From an uncultured delta proteobacterium (GTDB lineage Bacteria; Desulfobacterota; Syntrophobacteria; Syntrophobacterales; Syntrophobacteraceae): a stretch of DNA of 64,000 nucleotides. The stretch lies in NCBI GenBank assembly GCA_963808625.1, contig CAWEHK010000043.1, positions 32,001 to 96,000 of the forward strand. The letters are read 5' to 3'. How positions within the stretch are numbered: position 1 is the stretch's first letter; each line of letters opens with the position of its first letter. The translations under genes and the position numbers were made by a program. Under the pieces are notes generated by a model. That model worked only from the letters and a program-made list of their open reading frames with translations, was not told the origin of the DNA and ran no database searches. Positions 57,555-64,000 of this stretch are shown here, piece after piece.

Positions 57555-60500
57555 TCAGAGTTCAGAGGTGGAGGGAGGGGACGCCACCACCCGAAACCCG
57601 ATATTCCTGAGCCTGAGGTCCGGGAGGTTCCCGCCGCGGGCCGCACAGCGCACAAAGTCCGCATTGATGCCGAACGCGCCGCCGCGCAACACACGGCGAA
57701 CCTCCCTCGAAGCATCCAGGTTCTCCCTCCCGTCCCTTGCATCGTAAGGATACTTAAACTCCGGCGTCTCCCAGTCCTTACCCCACAAACTCCGGGTCCA
57801 CTCCCACACGTTGCCGCTCATATCCTCCACCCCATAGGGGCTGGCACCTTTAGGAAAACATCCCACCGCACTGGTGGAACCGATTCCCGTATCATCATAG
57901 TTCGCCCGGTCACGATCAAGCTCTTGTCCCCAGGGGTAGGTGCGACCGTCCGTTCCCCGCGCCGCCTTCTCCCATTCCGCTTCGCTGGGGAGGCGAACTT
58001 CCCAGGCGTCACCCAGTCTCTTCGCCCTTCGGAGCTCCTCGGTCAACCACCTGGTAAAGGCCAGGGCCTCATACCAGGTGATGCCAACCACCGGGTGGTT
58101 AGACAGGCTGAATGGTTCCCCATAATCTTCCGGGTGCATCCGTGACTGAATCATGCCATTTTTCCACACCCCTTCCCTCTTGGCCTCACGCCAGTATTCC
58201 TCGATCCGGTACCCGTCCGCATCCACAAAAGCCTGGAATTGACCGTTGGTCACGGGATATCGGGAAATCTTGTAAGCATAGGGGATATCGAATTCATATC
58301 CCTTGTCGTCTCCCATGGTGAATGGACCGGCGGGCACCTCGCACCAGGCAATGTCGGGCAGCCCATCGGCACCAAGTCCCACGCCAAGGCGGAAGTCCCC
58401 AAACCGTGCCAAGGTGTTCGCCACATCCGAGCGCTCGACCGCCACCAGCGCGCCTGTTCCCACGAGGCCCGCAAGCCATTCTTTCACCCTCTCCAATAAG
58501 GGAGCATGGCGTGCTACGGCCTGGACGTCTTTCAGGCCGATCTCCAGCAGCGCTTCCCCGGCAAGGTGCGCCAGGCGGCAGTCGATCTCGGCAATGGCAC
58601 CGCCCGCAATGGCGTGCGGGCAAAGCGCCGCGGCCACCTCCACCGCCAGGTGGGTGACGCGTTTGAGGCGAGCCATCACCCCCACCGCCCAGAGCGTCAC
58701 CTGGCGCCACTGGGTATAGTTCTCGCGGGCCAAAGCGGCGGTAGCGTCCGGAAAGTCGGGCTGCACCGCCAGGTAACAGCCGGCCAGATACTCCTGGTAG
58801 CTGCGATGCGGAAAGGTGTAGACGCCCTTGCCGCGATCGATCAGCAGGCCGGCGCGGTGCTGGATGTCGGTAACAAGAAGCTTGGCGCGGTCCCAACTGC
58901 CCTCCAGGTAGTCCTTGAACACCCTCAGCAGCGTGGCCTCGTCGATATCGGCAGGACCCTGGGCACCCTTCTGCGCCAGGTGAACCTCGAAGGCCACCTG
59001 CTCCAACGCCGCTTCCAGCTTTTCCGAGCTCACCATCCGGTTGATGCTCGCCTCCGGCCCCAATCGGGCTTCCTGCCAGCGGACAAGCAACAGGCTGACC
59101 ATCTGCTCGTAAAGCTTGACGCGATCATCGGGCAGCCGGCCCCAGGAGAAGTGGAGGGAGGCCATCATGGCCAACTGGAGCGGATTTTCAGCCAGGGGCG
59201 CCAGGTCCGGTCGGCGCGACAGCCTCCCGTAGGCGCCGGGCCTCTTCCGCGGCTTCCGCCTCGCTCTTCCAGCCCAGGCGGCATACCTCCCCATACCAGC
59301 AATCGATGAACGCCGCGATCTGTTTTTGGTCGAAGGGCGCCAGCGTGTGCTCTTTGAAACGATCCAGTTGGCAGCACGCGTCCTGGTACGCGTACCCCCG
59401 ACAGGTCACGAGGTAGCGGTTTTCGGGGTGGTTGAAGGTGGCGGTGAAATCGGCCACCGCGTCACGGACGATCTGCCGCTGCGCGGGGTCGGCCACTTCG
59501 TCCAGGCCGTCCAGAAGGACCAGGACGCCGCCCTTCAGCAACTGTTGACGGAGGCCGGGTGCAAAGTCCGCCAGCTCCTGGCTGGCCAGGGTTTCGACGA
59601 TGAAATCCCAGAGGCCGGTGGCGGAGCCTCTGCAACGCTCGCTCTTGGCAAACTGGCGGAGCACCACCTGCACCGGCAGCAGCGGGCCGTGGGTCCACGC
59701 CGGCTGCAAGCGGTCCAACCAGCCGTCGCCAGGAAGCCATCCGGGCTCGCCCGCCTCCTCCAGCCGGGCGCCGGCCAGGCACAAGGCCAGGTGGTTGGCA
59801 AAAGTGGATTTGCCGCTTCCAGGGTCGCCCAGAATCACCAGGTAAGGCTCACGGGCCGCGGCCTCGAGCGCGGGAAGCAGCCGGCTCTCGCGTTCTTCCC
59901 GGATCATGGCCTCCGACGGGCGCGGTGAAATTTCGCCTTCGGCTTCCAGTTTTTCACCGGCCACTTGGGTGCGCGTGTTGAGCGCGACGTAGATTTTGAG
60001 CAGGTCCAGGGTCTGTTGGCGAACACGTTCCACGGCACGGGGGTCGATCACTGCCAGAGGCAAAGCGTTGGCCGTCGCCTGGAGGCGGCGCAGGTAATTC
60101 GCTTCCAAACGGGCCAATTCGATCTCTGAGACGGCGGGTTGGAGAGCCACCGGGGGACGGCCTTTCCTCGCCGGTTTGCCGCCGGGCAATGGGAGCGGGA
60201 AGCGGAACTCCCCCTTGTCCACGTTGCGGTACGTCAGCGTGTCTCGGGCCCAAAAACCACCCTGGTGGTCGCTGTAAGTCCGCAGGATGACGACGCCCTC
60301 ACCAGCCTCCAGATCGAGCCTCACCCAGTTGTATCCGTTCGGATAGTCGGCGGCTCTCATAGCCGGCGCCGGCGGCGATGATCATGGCCCCGGCATCGGG
60401 TGTTTTCAGGCTGAGCAGCCCGGTGCGGTGCAAGTGTCCGTGCAGGATGAAGCGACAACTGCCCATCAGGAGCGCTTCGCACTCTTCCCGGTCAAACTCG

Positions 60501-61163
60501 CACAGCCAGTCGAAAGGATGATGCAGCAGAGTGATACTCAGATCGGCACCTTGGGCGCAGAGCGATCGCCTGCCTTACCTGGCGCTCGCCAATTACCAGG
60601 CGGCCTCGATCCTCGTCTCCTCCCCGGGCCAGCCAGGCCGAGCTCAGCGCCAGGACAGCAAGCCGCCGGCCGGCGACGTCGAACGATTGTACCACGAAGG
60701 GAGCTTCATCCGTGAACGACCGGTCCGGGCTGAAATAGTCGTTTACAAACCGTGCATACGCGTCAAGGCGCTGAAAGAGCACGCGTCGGTCCGTATCGGC
60801 CGCCAGCACTTCGGCAACCGCCTCCCGGCTGTCCAGCGCCGACGCAATAGCCGATGCGCCCCTGGTGATGGCGGCCCGGTCCACGTCGTGGTTGCCCGGT
60901 GCAACGAACAGGCGGGTCCTGGGCACGGCGGTGACCTGCAACAACTCATCGAAGAACTGCCTCGCGAGCTCGTACTCCTCAGCTTTGCCGCTGAAAGCAA
61001 TGTCCCCGGTGATCGCGATGAAGTCGGGGCGCAAGTGGTCTTCCGTAATCCGGGTCTCCACATCGTCCACCAGTTTGCGCAGCACGATGTCACGATCCCA
61101 GGTGTGCCCCTCGCCGGCACGGAAGTGGAGGTCGGAGAGGTGAAGCCAGGTTATTGTGGACAT
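57555..61163 (-). CDS. DGR target: calcineurin-like phosphoesterase + NACHT + FGE-sulfatase (CLec-fold) protein (frameshifts near 60540, 60360 and 59230)
   Basis: LHLSDLHF, TGDIA, PGNHD (phosphoesterase). ILGDPGSGKST, LLDGLDEV, VTCR, NPLQL, FPHRSYQEYLAG (NACHT). [54 protein letters not shown] (FGE). Confidence 0.88.
57579..57702 (-). repeat. DGR variable repeat (VR)
   Basis: Ungapped 124-nt match to 62684-62807. The 19 mismatches all lie opposite TR adenines. Confidence 0.97.
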
Positions 61164-61236
61164 GCGAGAGCCTCCGTATCAGGTTAACGTCGATTTGTGC
61201 GCTCACAGGAGGGCGGGTTTTCCAACCCGCCGAACT

Positions 61237-62487
61237 TTACATGCAAATTCCTATACGATCGAGTAAGACCTCTGCTACGAAAAGTTCTTTTATAGGTCTT
61301 CGGGTGTGCTGAGGCGACACGAACGACTGCGGATAAGCTCTCAAAGGTGACCTCACGCGAAGGCGCGAAGACGCAAAGCGAAGCAAGAAACCTTCTTTCG
61401 GCTCTTTTTGCTTCGCAACAGATTTACCGCTCGACTCACCGCTACCCCTCCTCCTGCTCAATGGTACACTCAGTACCGCCTTCCGCAATCCCACGGTATT
61501 CCCGTAGCGGGCATGATTGACCCAGCCCTTGACGCTTTCGGTAACACGCTCCAGGGGTAATTCTCCAGCCTTAAATGACGCGATGAGTCGCTTCAGCCTC
61601 CGCCGGTAGAACATCCCTTTCCTGCGCTTCAAACGACGCCGGTCAGGGTACACCAGAAAGCCCAGGAAGGGAAAACCTTCGTCTACCGGTCGCGGATGAG
61701 CACCTTGATGAATCGTTACACGCAAACGAGCCAGCCTGGCTTCTGCGCCCTGCTTCCAATCCCAGAGCGTCGGCTTGTCGTCGGCAAAAAGAAGGAAATC
61801 GTCCACGTAACGCACGTAGGCCTTGCACCGCAGTTCTCGCTTCACAAAGTGGTCGAACGGGTTGAGATAGCAATTCGCCCAGAACTGGCTGGTGAGGTTC
61901 CCGATGGGCAAGCCTCGTGGTCGGTTTATGGCCATGAGATCATCGCCGGCGAAATAGACCATGTCATAGTGTTCGCTCAGCACCCCGATGCCGCTTTCCA
62001 AAATGAGGCCGATCAGCCAGAGCACGTCCCTATCAGTGAGCTTTCGAGCAAGAATGGTCCGGAGGATCGCATGATCGATACTCGGAAAGAACTGGCGGAC
62101 ATCACCCTGGAGGACATACCGATATTGACGCGCCAGTTTCTGTGCCCGGTTGAGGGCCCGATGCGTGCCTTTGCCCACCCGGTTTGCGTAGGAGTCGGCG
62201 ATAAAGGTGCGCTCAAAGACCGGTTCGATGAGGTTGCACAGGGCATGATGGACCACCCGGTCCCGGAACGGCGCCGCCGAAATCAGGCGGCGTTTGGGCT
62301 CATGGATCGTGAAACTGGTGTAGGGGCCGGGCCGGTAGACCTTCGAGCTCAGCTCCTCGCGCAGCTCCAGGAGATTGTCTTCGAGGCGATATTCAAAGGC
62401 TGCCACATTGGGGTGCCCGCGCTTCCCGGTGGCTGCCCGCCGAAACGCAAGGAGCAGATTCTCAAATGAACAGAGCTCATCGAACAT
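61237..62487 (-). CDS. DGR reverse transcriptase
   Basis: EPKRRLISAAPFRDRVVHHA, GKGTHRA, DVRQFFPSIDH, GLPIGNLTSQ (DGR-type SQ), YVRYVDDF, FLGF. Confidence 0.96.
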   Translation of the reverse strand: MFDELCSFENLLLAFRRAATGKRGHPNVAAFEYRLEDNLLELREELSSKVYRPGPYTSFTIHEPKRRLISAAPFRDRVVHHALCNLIEPVFERTFIADSYANRVGKGTHRALNRAQKLARQYRYVLQGDVRQFFPSIDHAILRTILARKLTDRDVLWLIGLILESGIGVLSEHYDMVYFAGDDLMAINRPRGLPIGNLTSQFWANCYLNPFDHFVKRELRCKAYVRYVDDFLLFADDKPTLWDWKQGAEARLARLRVTIHQGAHPRPVDEGFPFLGFLVYPDRRRLKRRKGMFYRRRLKRLIASFKAGELPLERVTESVKGWVNHARYGNTVGLRKAVLSVPLSRRRGSGESSGKSVAKQKEPKEGFLLRFASSRLRVRSPLRAYPQSFVSPQHTRRPIKELFVAEVLLDRIGICM

Positions 62488-62683
62488 GGCAAGCCATCTC
62501 AAAAAAAGATGATCCTGCACCAGGGTCAGGGGACCAAGGGTGCAGGATCGTTGTTATTCGCCCGGCCCGGTCTGACCCGAGCGCGGCCGGGAACAGACTC
62601 CGCTATTTTTCGCCTCGGCCCGAAAGGGAGGAAGCCCCGTCGGGCAATCCCGGCAGGAACGCCGTTCCCGCTGCGAAAATTGT

Positions 62684-62807
62684 GGACGCCACCACCCGAA
62701 ACCCGATATTCCTGTTCCTGTTGTTCGGGTTGTTCCTGTTGCGGGCCGCACAGCGCACATTGTTCGCATTGTTGTTGAACGCGCCGCCGCGCAACACACG
62801 GCGTTTC
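62684..62807 (-). ncRNA. DGR template repeat (TR)
   Basis: AAC/AAT-rich copy of the VR (translates [40 protein letters not shown]). Lies between avd and RT. A 9-bp-stem hairpin sits just 5' at 62826-62847. Confidence 0.96.
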
Positions 62808-63220
62808 CGAGTCTGTCCCCGCAACACCGGGGCCCGCAGGCCCCGGTAATTGCCCTGTTTCTAAGTGCAGCGCCGCACAAACAACGTGTCACTAACCAGT
62901 TGATGCACAGAACGTCGGGTTTCAAGCTTCCTCATCGAATCACGGCATTGTGAACCGCAATCATGGTGAGGAACGAAACCCAACCTACGAGACTGACAAC
63001 TCGGACACTTTATTGTGCAGCGGTGAACTAGTCCAACAACGGTACATTGGTGAAACTCCAATCCGTGTGGCGAAAGGCTTTCCAGCCTGCCATGCCGAAG
63101 CGGCCAAAAGGCAGGCTGGAAAGCCTGCCCCACAGATTAAGGCCCCGAAGCGGAAACGCTCGTTTCTGAGAGCGTACTAAGTTTGGTTCCAGGCAGATGA
63201 CGTAGGCAAAATGACGCCGG

Positions 63221-63574
63221 TCACCTCGGTTGTCGGGTCACTTTCTGCCAGCCGCCCAGTAACCGGCCGATTTCATTTGCCATGACCGCAACGTGTTCGT
63301 ATTGCCCCAGAGAGAGCCAGCCCCATCGTGCGGCCAGCCGCAGATACATGCGCATTTTTGCCAGGGCCTCATCGGCCAGGAGCAACTGCTCGATGCGGGC
63401 ATTGGCCTTCCGCAGGTTGGCTTCTTCCAGTCGTTCGCGCAGGTCGAAAGCCGCATCCAGCAGGCGCCGGGTGAACGTATGCCGGTGGGCTTTCGGAAAA
63501 TGATTCGTCGCGGGAAGCAGCCAGGTCAGCAGGTCGAAGGTGCGGGTAAAAATGGGCATTTCCTGTTGGCTCAT
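63221..63574 (-). CDS. avd: DGR accessory variability determinant Avd
   Basis: 117-aa four-helix-bundle type: PIFTRTFDLLTWL...FPKAHRH...EIGRLLGGW. Upstream of TR and RT. Confidence 0.93.
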   Translation of the reverse strand: MSQQEMPIFTRTFDLLTWLLPATNHFPKAHRHTFTRRLLDAAFDLRERLEEANLRKANARIEQLLLADEALAKMRMYLRLAARWGWLSLGQYEHVAVMANEIGRLLGGWQKVTRQPR

Positions 63575-63843
63575 CGGCTCCTTTGCTCACATTATGCACT
63601 GGATGTCATTTCGAAGTGATCAACCATCCCTCGGCAATGCCACCGCAGGAATGCCTCCATAGGCACCACGCTACGGATTACCCGAGTTGAAGTTATGCCT
63701 GCGACTGGTTGCCCGTCGGGTGATGAGTGCCCTGAAAGGGCTTCATCACATAGCCCAGGGTCAGCAACAGCGCCACCCTGGGAGGGGAAAGCCAATCCCC
63801 TTTCCTTTACCCTGAAAGGGTTAGATAAATGGTTACCGTCGGT

Positions 63844-64000
63844 CAGTGGTGTCCGGTTAGGTTTTTGCAATTAAGCTGTCTCCTCGCTGCTCTTTGAAAT
63901 CCGAAGGAATCGGAGGTTTTTGTTGGGAATCGCGAAGCTCGTTCTGGATTCTTATGCGAGCTCTCTTACTCGCTTGATGCTGACCTTTTCCTGGTAGTGA
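63844..64000 (-). mobile_element. Second copy of the IS4 element (truncated by window edge)
   Basis: Identical to 42910 onward (CAGTGGTGTCCGGTTAGG...) except for a 1-nt indel. Confidence 0.93.

Noticed and set aside
61237..62487. Group II intron or retron RT
   Set aside because: The SQ motif, adjacent avd and a TR/VR pair identify it as a DGR RT. No maturase/endonuclease extension was seen.
62603..62827. 74-aa Asn-rich ORF
   Set aside because: It is the conceptual translation of the template repeat, not a likely protein.

Overview
GC-rich bacterial chromosomal window, probably Desulfobacterota/Syntrophobacterales-like. This is inferred from gene content: the Ahb alternative heme pathway, NIF-type Fe-S genes and a likely selenoprotein. 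Housekeeping blocks are aroC, clpS-clpA-aat, nifU-nifS-cysE, ctpA, ahbD-hemB-ahbC-clpX-like, maeB, csp and HU, separated by very dense palindromic REP/MITE-like repeats. The main result is a complete diversity-generating retroelement (DGR) on the minus strand: avd (63574-63221), template repeat TR (62807-62684), reverse transcriptase (62487-61237) and a target gene (61163-57555). The target's variable repeat VR (57702-57579) differs from TR at 19 of 124 nt, all at TR adenines. The target has an NLR-like architecture: calcineurin-like phosphoesterase + NACHT + FGE-sulfatase/C-type-lectin-fold domain. About 25-30 kb away, two paralogous DUF4062-NACHT-FGE genes carry their own VR-like hypervariable tails (20 differences, all at codon positions 1/2) that do not match this TR. 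They flank a broken HRDC gene, which suggests a second, HRDC-type DGR whose TR/RT is absent from the window. Also notable are a split Rad50/Mre11-like four-gene cluster, an in-frame UGA (U-G-C) DUF1573 protein, a 24-Cys secreted protein in frame with NuoG, and an IS4 element with intact TIRs and TSD. Many genes, including housekeeping ones, have single-base frameshifts, most likely sequencing errors. Family assignments come from motif recognition, not database searches.
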